Source of the DNA: an uncultured Solirubrobacterales bacterium
GTDB taxonomy: Bacteria > Actinomycetota > Thermoleophilia > Solirubrobacterales > 70-9
Direction of reading: 5' to 3'
Assembly (NCBI GenBank): GCA_963703335.1
Contig: OY969812.1
Location: forward strand, 972,495 to 1,036,494
Length of the DNA: 64,000 nt
This document shows positions 55,779-64,000 of this stretch, piece after piece (position 1 is the stretch's first letter; the number at the start of each line of letters is the position of its first letter). The notes under the pieces were generated by a model. It was given only the letters and a program-made list of their open reading frames with translations. It was not told the origin of the DNA and made no database searches. The translations under genes were made by a program, and so were the position numbers.

Positions 55779-56897
55779 TCAGCTTTCCAGCGCAAGGCCG
55801 TAAGACAGGGTGAGACGCGCCGCCGCGCCGTCGTCGAATCCCGCCAGGCCCGCGGGCCGGGCGACGACGATCGCGGCGCCGAGGCCGTCCTCCATGCGCT
55901 GCACGAGTCCGGGGATGGCGCTGCCCGGGCCGCCGAGAACAATCCGGCCGACCGGCAGGGCGCTCTCCTGCGCCCCGTAGTAGTCGAGTGAGAGGCGCAG
56001 CTCGTCGAGCAGCGCGGTCACACCCTGCTCGAGCGCGGCGCGCGCTTCGGCGACGATCTCCGGGTCGCCCTCGAGCTCCTCGGCCGGCCGCTCGAGGCCG
56101 ACGTAGGAGAGCCACTGGAGGGCGTGCTCGGCGCTGAGGCCGCGAGAGGCGGCGAGGCGCTCGGTGACCGACTCGAGACCGACCTGGGAGACGCGGGTAA
56201 AGAGACAGGAGCGCCCGCGAGCGACGGCGAGGTTGGTGACGTCGCCGACGTTGCAGTAGAGGACCGCCTCGCGGGGTCGCTCGCCCGGCTCGCCGCCGGC
56301 CGCGGACATGCCCGCGTCGGCGAGGGCGCGGATCATCGCGAAGGCCGAGAGGTCGACGCCCTCGGGCTGCAGCCCGGCCCGCTTCAAAGGCTCGATGAAG
56401 GAGGTGACCATGTCGCGGCGCGCGGCGACGACGACGACATCGACCCGGGGTGTGGCGCCTTCCTCGGCGGGCACGCCGCCGACCACCTGGTGCTCGAGCA
56501 CCGCCTGGTCGAGGGGCATCGGCACCTGCTCCTGCGCCTGGAAGCGGACTGCCGCCTCCATCTCGGCCGGGTTCTCGATCGCCGGCAGGCGCAGCGTGCG
56601 GACGACGACGCGCTGGTTGCCGATGCCGAGACGGACCCGCTTGGAGAGCTTGTTCTCGGCGAAGAGCGTCTTCAGCGACGCCGCCAGACGATCCGGGTCG
56701 AGCACCTCTCCCTCGTGGAAGGCGCCGGGCTCGAGCGCCTGGATCGCCGATGCCGTCACTCGCGTGGAGCCGTTCGATCCCTCGACTTCGGTCGCGGCGA
56801 TGCTGCCCGCCTCGATATCGAGGCCGGTGATCCCGCCCGTCTTCTTCTTGCGGGTGAGCTGCAGCTGCAGGTTCGGTCTGGCAAAGCTGGTTCGCAT
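55779..56897 (-). CDS. pilM: PilM type IV pilus assembly ATPase-fold protein
   Basis: Actin-like fold pattern GLDIEAGSIAATEV...NVGDVTNLAV...LGGPGSAIPGL. Its position is upstream of pilN. Confidence 0.85.
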   Translation of the reverse strand: MRTSFARPNLQLQLTRKKKTGGITGLDIEAGSIAATEVEGSNGSTRVTASAIQALEPGAFHEGEVLDPDRLAASLKTLFAENKLSKRVRLGIGNQRVVVRTLRLPAIENPAEMEAAVRFQAQEQVPMPLDQAVLEHQVVGGVPAEEGATPRVDVVVVAARRDMVTSFIEPLKRAGLQPEGVDLSAFAMIRALADAGMSAAGGEPGERPREAVLYCNVGDVTNLAVARGRSCLFTRVSQVGLESVTERLAASRGLSAEHALQWLSYVGLERPAEELEGDPEIVAEARAALEQGVTALLDELRLSLDYYGAQESALPVGRIVLGGPGSAIPGLVQRMEDGLGAAIVVARPAGLAGFDDGAAARLTLSYGLALES

Positions 56898-56974
56898 CGG
56901 CCCTCTCTCAATCGACAGAAAGGCCGCAGACCTTTGCCCTGCAACTACTTATTTCTAGGAGAACCTGGACGGGC

Positions 56975-57730
56975 CTACGAGAAAGTGCCCAGGTACAAAT
57001 CGACCATCTGGTCGCCGAGGAGAAGGCCGGCGACGCCGCCGAGGGCAAGAAACGGGCCGAAAGGAATCGCGCGCTTGCGGGCCGCGGCCCCCTCGCGGGC
57101 GATCATCGCCAGCCCGACCACCGACCCCGCGAGCAATGCGACGAGAAGCGCCGGCGCCACGTTGCGACCGAGGAAGAGCCCCATAGTTGCCGTCAGCTTG
57201 ACGTCGCCGAGGCCCATGCCGCGCGGATAGGCGAGGGCCGCCAGGAAGAGCAGCCCACCGGCGCCGACCGCGGCCGCCAGCCGCTCGGGGAGGCTGCTGG
57301 GGTCGGTCGCGGCGGCGATCGCGACTCCGAGGACCGCGGCGACGATGAGGATCTTGTTGGGGATGATTCGCCGCTCGAGGTCGGTCAGGGTCACCGCGAG
57401 TAGCGTCGTCACCAGGACCAGGCCGAGGGCGATTTCGCCGGGCTCGTCCCAGAGGACGAGCACGGTGGCGGCGTAAAGGGCGCCAAGGGTCAGCTCTGTC
57501 AGCGGATACCGGGGCGAGATCGTCGTGCCGCAGCAGCGGGCCCGGCCGCGCAGTAGCGCCCAGGAGACGACCGGCACGTTGTCGTAGGCGGCTATCTGGG
57601 CCCCGCAGCCGGGGCAGCGCGAGCGTGGCCCGACGATCGATTCCCCTCGCGGGACGCGATGCGCGACCACGGTCACGAAGCTGCCGACGACCAGCCCTCC
57701 GAGGAAGGCGATCGCCGCGGCGGCGCCCAC
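56975..57730 (-). CDS. pilD: Prepilin peptidase (A24 family)
   Basis: N-terminal CPGCGAQI...CCGTTIS zinc-type motif. Multi-TM with GLGDVKL and the second Asp region. Confidence 0.9.
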   Translation of the reverse strand: MGAAAAIAFLGGLVVGSFVTVVAHRVPRGESIVGPRSRCPGCGAQIAAYDNVPVVSWALLRGRARCCGTTISPRYPLTELTLGALYAATVLVLWDEPGEIALGLVLVTTLLAVTLTDLERRIIPNKILIVAAVLGVAIAAATDPSSLPERLAAAVGAGGLLFLAALAYPRGMGLGDVKLTATMGLFLGRNVAPALLVALLAGSVVGLAMIAREGAAARKRAIPFGPFLALGGVAGLLLGDQMVDLYLGTFS

Positions 57731-57733
57731 GCG

Positions 57734-59233
57734 CTAGCCGCCTTCGGCGGGCGTCGTCGTGTCGACCTCGAGCCGGGTCGGGTAGTTCGGGTGGTCGTAC
57801 ATGATCGGGATCGCTTCGGCGTCGGTATTGCCAGGGTCGACGCTGAGCGCGACGCCGAGCCGGTCGTCTTTGAAGATCGTTTTCGGGGCGAATTCCATCG
57901 TCAGCCGCACCTTGGTCCATGCGTTTCGCGGCCAGAACCCGTTCCCCTGCGGCGTGTAGATCCAGTAGCCGAAGCCGGTTGCTTTGTCGCTGAGCCCGAT
58001 GTCTTCGACTTTCGATTCCCCCGCGGCGGTCGGGTGACGATCGAAGAGGTAGACGCAGAGCGTGCCGTGGTAGAGCGCGTCGTTGAGGGTCCGCGTGTAG
58101 AACTCGAGCGTCACTTTGCCGTTCATTTTGAAGTCCGCGGCGAACGGATCGGCGACCCAGCGGTGCACCTGGGACTCGGGGTGGACCGTGCCGGTCGGGG
58201 TGTAGTTGCAGCCACTGGTGTCGTCGCGCTTGATCTGCACGCCCTTGTCGGTGTCGGGAGTGGGCTCGAGGTAGCCATCGTTGGCGTAGTCGTAGAGCGA
58301 CGGGTTGGTTTCGTCTTCGGGGTCGGGGTCGGGCGGAGCGCCGAGCAACAGGGCGTCCGGCGCGCCGAGCGTCGTACCGGTCTGCGGTCCGCTGGCGCAG
58401 GTGCCAAGCGTGTTGTGCAGCAGGTGATCGCCGCTGATTTCATCGCGCACGGTGGCGCCCGTAGCCGAGCAGGTGGTGTCGGTGAGAAAGAACTGCTGCG
58501 CGGTCACGGCCGTGCCGGTGCCGGCCGCGCCGCCTTTGCCGCCGGCGCCTCCCGTGCCTCCGGTCCCCCCCGTGCCACCGGTACCGCCCGTCCCCCCGGT
58601 ACCGCCGTTCTGGCCCAGGGATTTCGGGTCGAGCGCGGCCGACTGAACTTCGATGTAGTTGCGTTCGCGCGGTTCGCTGCCAGTCGTGTCGAGCTTTACC
58701 GCGACCACGATCTGCTTGTAGTCGTGAAGGCCCGGGCAGAGGTCTTCGCCGGTTTCGCTTTCCGGACAGCTTTTGTCGTTGCGCCAGACGATGTAGCGGT
58801 ACAGGTGGCCGGCGACGTCGCCGTCTTTGAATTTGATCGGCCCCGGTTTGACCACGCCTTTGCCCGGCGGGTCGCTGCCTGCCACGTTGGCCGCCATCGG
58901 TGCGAGTTCGCCGTAGGGGTCTCGCTGCAGGGCGAAGTTGCCGTTGACGACGCGATTGTTGGGATCGAGCGTGTTGGTCGAATGGGCGGGCGTGACCGTG
59001 AGCGCCAGTTCTTCGTAGGGAAGGCTGTGCAGCTTCTCCAGCTCCTGCTGAGCGCGGTCGAGGGCGATCTGGGTCGACTTGGCGCGGGCGTTGTTGCGGA
59101 CCGAAGAGGCGAGCACGCCGAACAGGGCGGCTGACGCGAGGGTGAGGACGAGCGCGGCGACCAGGACCTCGATCAGGGTGAATCCACTCTCATCGTGGAG
59201 CCCCCTGGCCTCGTTGTCGCTACCGCGTCGCAT
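57734..59233 (-). CDS. Large minor pilin (PilV-like N-terminus, ~470-aa C-terminal domain)
   Basis: The start MRRGSDNEARGLHDESG/FTLIEVLVAALVL (prepilin cleavage and methylation motif) is at 59233. The track ORF extends spuriously to 59521. The protein contains a (GGT)6 tract. Confidence 0.75.
   Translation of the reverse strand: MRRGSDNEARGLHDESGFTLIEVLVAALVLTLASAALFGVLASSVRNNARAKSTQIALDRAQQELEKLHSLPYEELALTVTPAHSTNTLDPNNRVVNGNFALQRDPYGELAPMAANVAGSDPPGKGVVKPGPIKFKDGDVAGHLYRYIVWRNDKSCPESETGEDLCPGLHDYKQIVVAVKLDTTGSEPRERNYIEVQSAALDPKSLGQNGGTGGTGGTGGTGGTGGTGGAGGKGGAAGTGTAVTAQQFFLTDTTCSATGATVRDEISGDHLLHNTLGTCASGPQTGTTLGAPDALLLGAPPDPDPEDETNPSLYDYANDGYLEPTPDTDKGVQIKRDDTSGCNYTPTGTVHPESQVHRWVADPFAADFKMNGKVTLEFYTRTLNDALYHGTLCVYLFDRHPTAAGESKVEDIGLSDKATGFGYWIYTPQGNGFWPRNAWTKVRLTMEFAPKTIFKDDRLGVALSVDPGNTDAEAIPIMYDHPNYPTRLEVDTTTPAEGG
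58553..58606 (-). repeat. Imperfect 9/18-nt tandem repeat encoding (Gly-Gly-Thr)x6
   Basis: The minus strand reads GGCGGTACC GGGGGGACG GGCGGTACC GGTGGCACG GGGGGGACC GGAGGCACG. It continues into GGAGGKGGAAGTG. Confidence 0.7.
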
Positions 59234-59853
59234 CAGAAGGAGAGCGTCGCGCCGCGCAGGCTGGCGCCGTCGGAGATGGTCAGGTGGCCACTGCCGCGCG
59301 GGTTGGGGACGCTGAGGGTGAGGCCGATGTAGGTGGGTGCCGTGCCGCCTTTTGCCGGGCCGCATTCCGTCGGGTCCGCGTTGGCGCTGGGGACGAAGCA
59401 GAAGACCGAGGAGGAGTCGATGTCGGTGACGACCGTCGTCGACGTGCCGCCGCTGGTGCTGCCCACTTCGCGCTCGGTGCGCGTGCAGGAGCTGGTCGTG
59501 CAGCTGTAGACGATCTGGCACTGGATCGAGGGCGTCGAGGTGCTCGTCGGTACGGCGCCGCCGCAGGCCGTGCGCCTGACCCGGGTAACGAAGGAGACGT
59601 TGCTGGAGCTCGTCGCGGCGACGCTGGTGCCGTTGCGGATCTCGCGCGTCATCCGCTCCAGCTCGAAGCGGGCGGTGGAGATGCTCTGGGCCTGCTCCTG
59701 CTGCTGCGGCTGGGTGCGCACGGCGCTGATCAGCATCGACGTGGCGCCGCCGACGACGATGACGCCCATGATCATCGCCACGAGCAGCTCGATCAGCGTC
59801 ATGCCCGCCTCGCCGCCGAGCGTTGCCAGACGACGCCGCAGCCGCGCCCTCAC
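59233..59853 (-). CDS. Minor pilin/pseudopilin (PilW-like)
   Basis: GGEAG/MTLIELLVAMIMGVIVVGGATSML prepilin motif. The GTG start at 59853 forms a GTGA overlap with the propeller gene stop. ATGA-type overlap with the next pilin at 59233. Confidence 0.75.
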   Translation of the reverse strand: MRARLRRRLATLGGEAGMTLIELLVAMIMGVIVVGGATSMLISAVRTQPQQQEQAQSISTARFELERMTREIRNGTSVAATSSSNVSFVTRVRRTACGGAVPTSTSTPSIQCQIVYSCTTSSCTRTEREVGSTSGGTSTTVVTDIDSSSVFCFVPSANADPTECGPAKGGTAPTYIGLTLSVPNPRGSGHLTISDGASLRGATLSF

Positions 59854-62189
59854 CCCGACACCACCTTGAAGTTGCGCTTAGCCGGCTGCGGCTCGGCGAT
59901 TCCGGCGGCGTTCACGGCCCTGATCGCGAGCACGTGAGGGCCGCGGTCGAGCCGCTTCAGGCGCAGCGGCGAGCTGCAGGCCTTCCAGCCGTGTCGGTCC
60001 ACCTTGCAGTGGAACCTGGTGCCGGACTGGCCGGTCAAGTCGGTGAAGCGGAAGACGGGCCGGCGGGCGCGAGTCTTCGAGGCCGGCGCGAAGGTGATCC
60101 GCGTGTGGGGAGTGACGTAGGCGGGCGGCAAGGCGGGCGCCTGGTGGACGGTCGGGGATTTTTTGGCCCCTTCCTGCGAAGCGCCGCCCGCGCCGCCACC
60201 TCCGGATTCATTGCCGCCGCCGGAGGAGCTCTGCTGGGTGTAGGAGATCGCGCTCGAACAGAGCGAGACGAAGCCTTCGGCTTCGGCGGTGGCCCAGAAT
60301 TTCACCGTCGCCCCGGCCGCGACCGTCACCCCAATCCCGGGCGCCGCCAGCTGCCCGGCGGAGCCGTGCGCGACCGGTTCACCGGAGCAGTTCGAGGTGG
60401 TGTAGATCTTGACCGTCGAACCGGCTTCGGCTTCGCCGAGGATCTTCGGCGTCGTCGACGATGCTGGTGACGGTGGATCGGTGGCCGTCAGTTTCGGCGA
60501 CGGCGGCCCCAGTTCGAGGTCGGGCGAGTTGCCGGTGGACACCAGGCGCGTCACGTCTTCGCTCGATGTCGCGCCGAGAAAGCGTTCGTAGACGTCGACC
60601 TCGTCGTCCCCGTCTTCGAGCTTGAAGCGCTCGACCGTGGTGAAGTAGACGCGGCTGCCTTCGACCGAGGCGCCGACGAAGGTGGCGCCGCAGTTGCCTT
60701 TTTTCAGCGGGCAGTAGCTGGGGGCGGTCGTGATCAGGCTCGTTTCCCCGCCGGTCACGTCGCGGTCGTAGATGTCGTCTTCGCCGTCGCCGTCGTCGGC
60801 CGCGAGGACCTCGGTGCTGGTGAAGACAACGTGCGAAGCGTCGGCGGAGGCACGGTCGAAGCGGGCGTCGGCGGCACCGTTCCCGCAGCCCCCGCATCCG
60901 GTCCCCTGCGAGACCAGCAGAGGCGCTCCCCCACCGACTTCCTGCGAATAGATGTCGACGCTGCTGTCGGTGTCGGCGCCGGAGATCTGCTCGGCGCTGC
61001 TGAAGAGGACGGTGCCTGCGTCGGCGCTGACCGCGTCGAAGGTGGTGCTGCAGGCGCTTGAGCAAGCCGCCGGTGTGATCAGGCTGAGCGTGCCGCCAGT
61101 CCACTCGTAGACGTCGTTGAAGTCGTCTTGGTCCTCCGGCGCGAGGCCCTCGGGCGTCGTGAAGAAGACGTGCGCCCCATCGGCGGAGGCCGCCGAGAAG
61201 CTCGCCGTTTTGGTCGACAACGTCCCCCCGGAGATGAGCGTCGTCGGACCCCCCGGCAGGTCGCGCGCATAGACATCGGTCGCGGTGTCTTTGTCGGCTC
61301 CGACCAACGGCTCGTCGGTGCTGAAGAAGGCCCTTGTCCCACTCTGGGAGCTTCCCTGGAAGACGGGCACTGCGCCGTTGTTGCCGCAGATCGGCGCGCA
61401 GCCTTCTCCTCCCTGGGAGACCAGCGTCGTGACACCGCCGCTCAGGTTCCGTGAGTAGATGTCCACCGCCGTGTCGGTATCGGGGCTGGAAAGCGACTCC
61501 GCGGTGGTGAAGTAGGCATGCGAGCCGTTGGCGGAGATGCCGCGCAGGGCGACGTCGTCGAAAGCACCATTGCCGCAACCTGGCGCGCAAGACGGACCGC
61601 CAGCCGAGGCGAGGCTCGTCGTTTCGTCGGCGAGGTTGCGGAGGTAGATGTCGGCCGAGTTATCGGTGTCGGCGGCCGCGAGGCGTTCTTCGCTGACGAA
61701 GAGGATCTTGGTCCCGTCCGAGCTCGCCGCGGCGAAACCCGCGCTCGCGGAACCGTTGCCGCACGCGGGCGCGCAGCCAGCTTCACCCGCCGAGATGAGA
61801 CTCGTCCCGCTCGTCAGGTCGCGCATGTACACGTCGCTCTTGAGGTCGGTATCCGCCTCGACCAGCCCCTCTTCGGTCGAGAAGAAGACGACGCTGCCGT
61901 CGCTGCTCGTTTTCTCGAAGAGAGCGTTATAAGCGGCGTTACCACCCGCCGGTCCGAGCGACACCTCACGGGTCACATAGCTTTCGATCCCCGGTTCTCC
62001 GTCATAGGAGCGTTGGTAGACATCGCGCTTGGTGTCGGTGTCACCCGACACCAGCTGCTCGTCGGTTTCGAAGAAGACGACGGTGCCGTCGGCCGAGGAG
62101 CCCTTGTAGCTGGCGGGCGAGGCACCTGCCGGCGACGCCAAGATCAGCGCCGCGGCGAGCCCAAGCAGAATGACGATTATCCGGGGCAT
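59850..62189 (-). CDS. Secreted 779-aa protein: nine TolB/PD40-like propeller repeats with CxxxCGNG inserts, plus Ig-like C-terminal domains
   Basis: Signal peptide MPRIIVILLGLAAALILASPAGA. Nine repeats of the form S(S/A)DG..v.F.T.E.L...DTD...D(V/I)Y.R(D/N)L. Cys pairs are present (GCAPACGNG, SCAPGCGNG, GCAPICGNN, GCGGCGNG...). The C-terminal region (FRFTD...FHCKVDRHGWKACSSP...GPHVLAIRAVNAAG) is typical of Ig-like surface-protein modules. Confidence 0.75.
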   Translation of the reverse strand: MPRIIVILLGLAAALILASPAGASPASYKGSSADGTVVFFETDEQLVSGDTDTKRDVYQRSYDGEPGIESYVTREVSLGPAGGNAAYNALFEKTSSDGSVVFFSTEEGLVEADTDLKSDVYMRDLTSGTSLISAGEAGCAPACGNGSASAGFAAASSDGTKILFVSEERLAAADTDNSADIYLRNLADETTSLASAGGPSCAPGCGNGAFDDVALRGISANGSHAYFTTAESLSSPDTDTAVDIYSRNLSGGVTTLVSQGGEGCAPICGNNGAVPVFQGSSQSGTRAFFSTDEPLVGADKDTATDVYARDLPGGPTTLISGGTLSTKTASFSAASADGAHVFFTTPEGLAPEDQDDFNDVYEWTGGTLSLITPAACSSACSTTFDAVSADAGTVLFSSAEQISGADTDSSVDIYSQEVGGGAPLLVSQGTGCGGCGNGAADARFDRASADASHVVFTSTEVLAADDGDGEDDIYDRDVTGGETSLITTAPSYCPLKKGNCGATFVGASVEGSRVYFTTVERFKLEDGDDEVDVYERFLGATSSEDVTRLVSTGNSPDLELGPPSPKLTATDPPSPASSTTPKILGEAEAGSTVKIYTTSNCSGEPVAHGSAGQLAAPGIGVTVAAGATVKFWATAEAEGFVSLCSSAISYTQQSSSGGGNESGGGGAGGASQEGAKKSPTVHQAPALPPAYVTPHTRITFAPASKTRARRPVFRFTDLTGQSGTRFHCKVDRHGWKACSSPLRLKRLDRGPHVLAIRAVNAAGIAEPQPAKRNFKVVSG

Positions 62190-62256
62190 CTTTGGTCCTA
62201 TCGGCTGGATCGGGAATTTCGCTTAACGCTTGACGCCAAGCGCTGGCCAAACGAGC

Positions 62257-62285
62257 AAGGGGCGGGCCAATTTGGCCCGCCCCTT
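62257..62285 (-). terminator. Stem-loop downstream of pilA
   Basis: AAGGGGCGGGCC-AATTT-GGCCCGCCCCTT, a perfect 12-bp stem, 46 nt after the pilA stop. On the minus strand it is followed by GCTCGTTTGG. Confidence 0.6.
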
Positions 62286-62330
62286 GGCACGTTGCGCCTG
62301 GCTAGACCAGGCCGATCCGTCGGGCCGCTG

Positions 62331-62819
62331 TTACTTGTTCCAATTACCGCCCGTTGGGCACCCGCCGTTACCACCGGTGGTGCAGGAGTAGGTCAGGGTG
62401 CCTTTGTCGTTTTCGACCGAGAAGGTATTCCCGCTCGCCGATTCAGATTTCACCGTGATCTTGTAGCCCGGATTTTTGCCTTCCGCGCCGGCTTTGTCGA
62501 CGATCGTGATTTCGGGCTTTTCCGTCGCTTTTTCAGGCAGAGACGGCTCGATCAAGTGCAGCTTTGCGTTGTCGGCTTCTGCATAGGAGCCGTTGTGTTC
62601 AGTCGCGTACGTCTCAATCGCGACCTGCGCCGTATGCACGGTCTCCTTGGCCTTCGCGTCACCGGCCTTTTCGCGCTGGTTGAAGAATGCCGGCAGCGCG
62701 ATCGCGGCCAGGATTCCGAGGATGAGCATGACGACGAGGAGCTCGATCAGCGTGAAGCCGCTCTCGCTGTCGCCGTTGAGCCGGGCGCCAACCTTGGCCC
62801 GGAGATTCTGGATAAACAT
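62331..62819 (-). CDS. pilA: Type IV major pilin
   Basis: Leader MFIQNLRAKVGARLNGDSESG / FTLIELLVVMLILGILAAIALPAFF. A C-terminal Cys pair (SCTTGGNGGC). GGAGG SD upstream. Confidence 0.88.
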   Translation of the reverse strand: MFIQNLRAKVGARLNGDSESGFTLIELLVVMLILGILAAIALPAFFNQREKAGDAKAKETVHTAQVAIETYATEHNGSYAEADNAKLHLIEPSLPEKATEKPEITIVDKAGAEGKNPGYKITVKSESASGNTFSVENDKGTLTYSCTTGGNGGCPTGGNWNK

Positions 62820-63068
62820 CAGGGACCTCCTAGGTTCCTAATAGTTGAGCCAGAGCCCCGTCGCATCTCAGCCACGTGGTGTCTGTCGACCCCGGTGGTA
62901 GCCCGGCCAACTCCCAGAAGGGAGTCCCGACAGCTTTGCGCCCCCGCCTCACAGCGAGTTTGCCTTTGGCACCGAAGCACTGGCAGATTCATCACCCTCT
63001 GCTAATCGACCATGCCTCGAATCCCTTGATCCCCGAAACTAGGACTTCATCTCCCCAAAAGTTGGGCG

Positions 63069-64000
63069 CTACCTGGGATCGGGCGTGGAAACTGACTCCT
63101 CGAAGCGTTCGACCAGCTCGAGCAGCTCTTCGCACTCCCAGGCTCGCCCCCACTTTCGCTCGTTCAGCGGGCTGAGGATCCCCACGCCTTGGAGCTGTGA
63201 GATCGCATTCTGTACCGCGACGTGTGACCGTCCAGTCAACTCGCTTGCAGTGGACACGTCGATCACCGGCTGTCCCGGTAGGTTTGCGATCAACTGGCGG
63301 ACCACCGCATCGCTGCGGGGGTTCCCCAGCCGCTCCAGCCAATCGCTCTGCCGTTCGTCGATTGCCGATGCCATCCGCTCGGCCTCCGTGACAGCCCGCT
63401 CTGCTGACGCCGCGAAGAAATCGCACCAGCTGTTCACGTCGCCGCTGCTGAACGCGCCGAAGCCAGCGACGTAGGACCTCTGCCTGGCGGCAAGGACGAG
63501 GCTGATCGGGGGCACGTAGTTGATCGCTTCGCCCGTGCGGCGCAGAACGGTATGGATCAGAGCCCGGCCGACGCGGCCATTTCCATCCGCGAAGGGGTGG
63601 ATGTTCTCGAACTGAGCATGGACTATCGCCGCTTGAGCGATGGGCGCAAGGTCGCTGCGCGCAATAAACCGGCAGAGATCCTCGAGCAGCGGGCCCACAT
63701 GCTCCGGCGGCGGTGGCACGTAAGCGGCGCCAATCGGGTTGAAGTCGTTGCCACCGATCCAGTTCTGTTCCTCGCGCAGTAAGCCGGCGATCTTTCGATC
63801 GACAGAGAAGCGCAAGAGCGTGCGATGGATGTCCCGAATGTCGTCGACCGAGACACGCGTTCCAGCAACACCCAGAGCGATCGCTCGCTGCATTGCTTCG
63901 ACGTTGCCCAGGATCTCAGTTGCCTTGCTGTCCTTCTCAGGTCGACCCGCGCCGTCGAAGGCTGCACGCGCGAGGCGTTTCTGCGATATCGCGAGCCCCT
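63069..64000 (-). CDS. Fic/DOC-family protein (5' end beyond the right edge)
   Basis: HPFADGNGRVGRAL Fic motif and a C-terminal wHTH-like region. The reading frame stays open upstream of the first Met (63893) to position 64000. Confidence 0.85.
   Translation of the reverse strand, partial: GLAISQKRLARAAFDGAGRPEKDSKATEILGNVEAMQRAIALGVAGTRVSVDDIRDIHRTLLRFSVDRKIAGLLREEQNWIGGNDFNPIGAAYVPPPPEHVGPLLEDLCRFIARSDLAPIAQAAIVHAQFENIHPFADGNGRVGRALIHTVLRRTGEAINYVPPISLVLAARQRSYVAGFGAFSSGDVNSWCDFFAASAERAVTEAERMASAIDERQSDWLERLGNPRSDAVVRQLIANLPGQPVIDVSTASELTGRSHVAVQNAISQLQGVGILSPLNERKWGRAWECEELLELVERFEESVSTPDPR

Noticed and set aside
58500-58620. A short periodic repeat that could suggest a CRISPR array or a phase-variable simple-sequence repeat.
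   Set aside because: The period is 9/18 nt, in frame inside a pilin gene, and encodes (GGT)n. There are no spacers and no cas genes. The units are synonymous variants, so slippage-driven phase variation is unlikely.
62960-63000. TGGCAC...CACTGGCA upstream of pilA, considered as a possible sigma-54 (-24/-12) promoter as in proteobacterial pilA genes.
   Set aside because: The spacing and the -12 element (TTGC) do not fit on either strand. No sigma-54 or enhancer-binding protein gene is seen, and actinobacteria generally lack RpoN.

Overview
This is a high-GC (by eye about 65-70%), densely coding window with no rRNA, tRNA, CRISPR array, transposase or integrase that I could recognise. Gene content and style (ATGA/GTGA overlapping stops and starts, GTG/TTG starts, long shadow ORFs in several frames) fit a deep-branching actinobacterium, possibly Thermoleophilia or Rubrobacteria-like. 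That taxonomic guess is inference only.

Features from left to right:
- glyA and a lysyl-oxidase-like secreted protein.
- An orphan YrbE/MlaE permease pair with a GntR regulator.
- A translation block: tsaC-prmC-prfA, DUF1385, rpmE.
- A membrane GGDEF protein, then a TetR regulator divergent from an alpha/beta hydrolase.
- A 4-gene amino-sugar/glycolipid operon containing an epimerase-glycosyltransferase fusion.
- ETF-QO, etfBA, a split methylmalonyl-CoA mutase, a thiolase and pepA.
- Small toxin-antitoxin-like modules: HTH+NTase, a decayed vapBC, and hipBA.
- ALDH and ACAD, DipZ, and meaB.
- A methylglucose-lipopolysaccharide (MGLP)-like cluster (GT4, GH57, two methyltransferases) whose GH57 gene is frameshifted.
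- An adenylate cyclase and ggt.
- A parA-like/ftsZ operon divergent from a pair of ArsA-type ATPases.
- A type IV pilus operon: pilA, a 779-aa repeat propeller protein, two minor pilins, pilD, pilMNO and one unknown gene.
- A Fic gene that runs off the right edge.

The best candidates for something undescribed:
1. The parA-like ATPase is translationally coupled to ftsZ, and both proteins carry a homologous N-terminal extension encoded by shared in-frame DNA blocks.
2. A nine-repeat Cys-rich beta-propeller protein sits between the major and minor pilin genes. It could be a PilY1-type analogue.
3. The epimerase-MGDG-synthase fusion operon.
4. A family of strong palindromic elements in intergenic regions.

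All family assignments come from motif recognition by eye. No database search was run.
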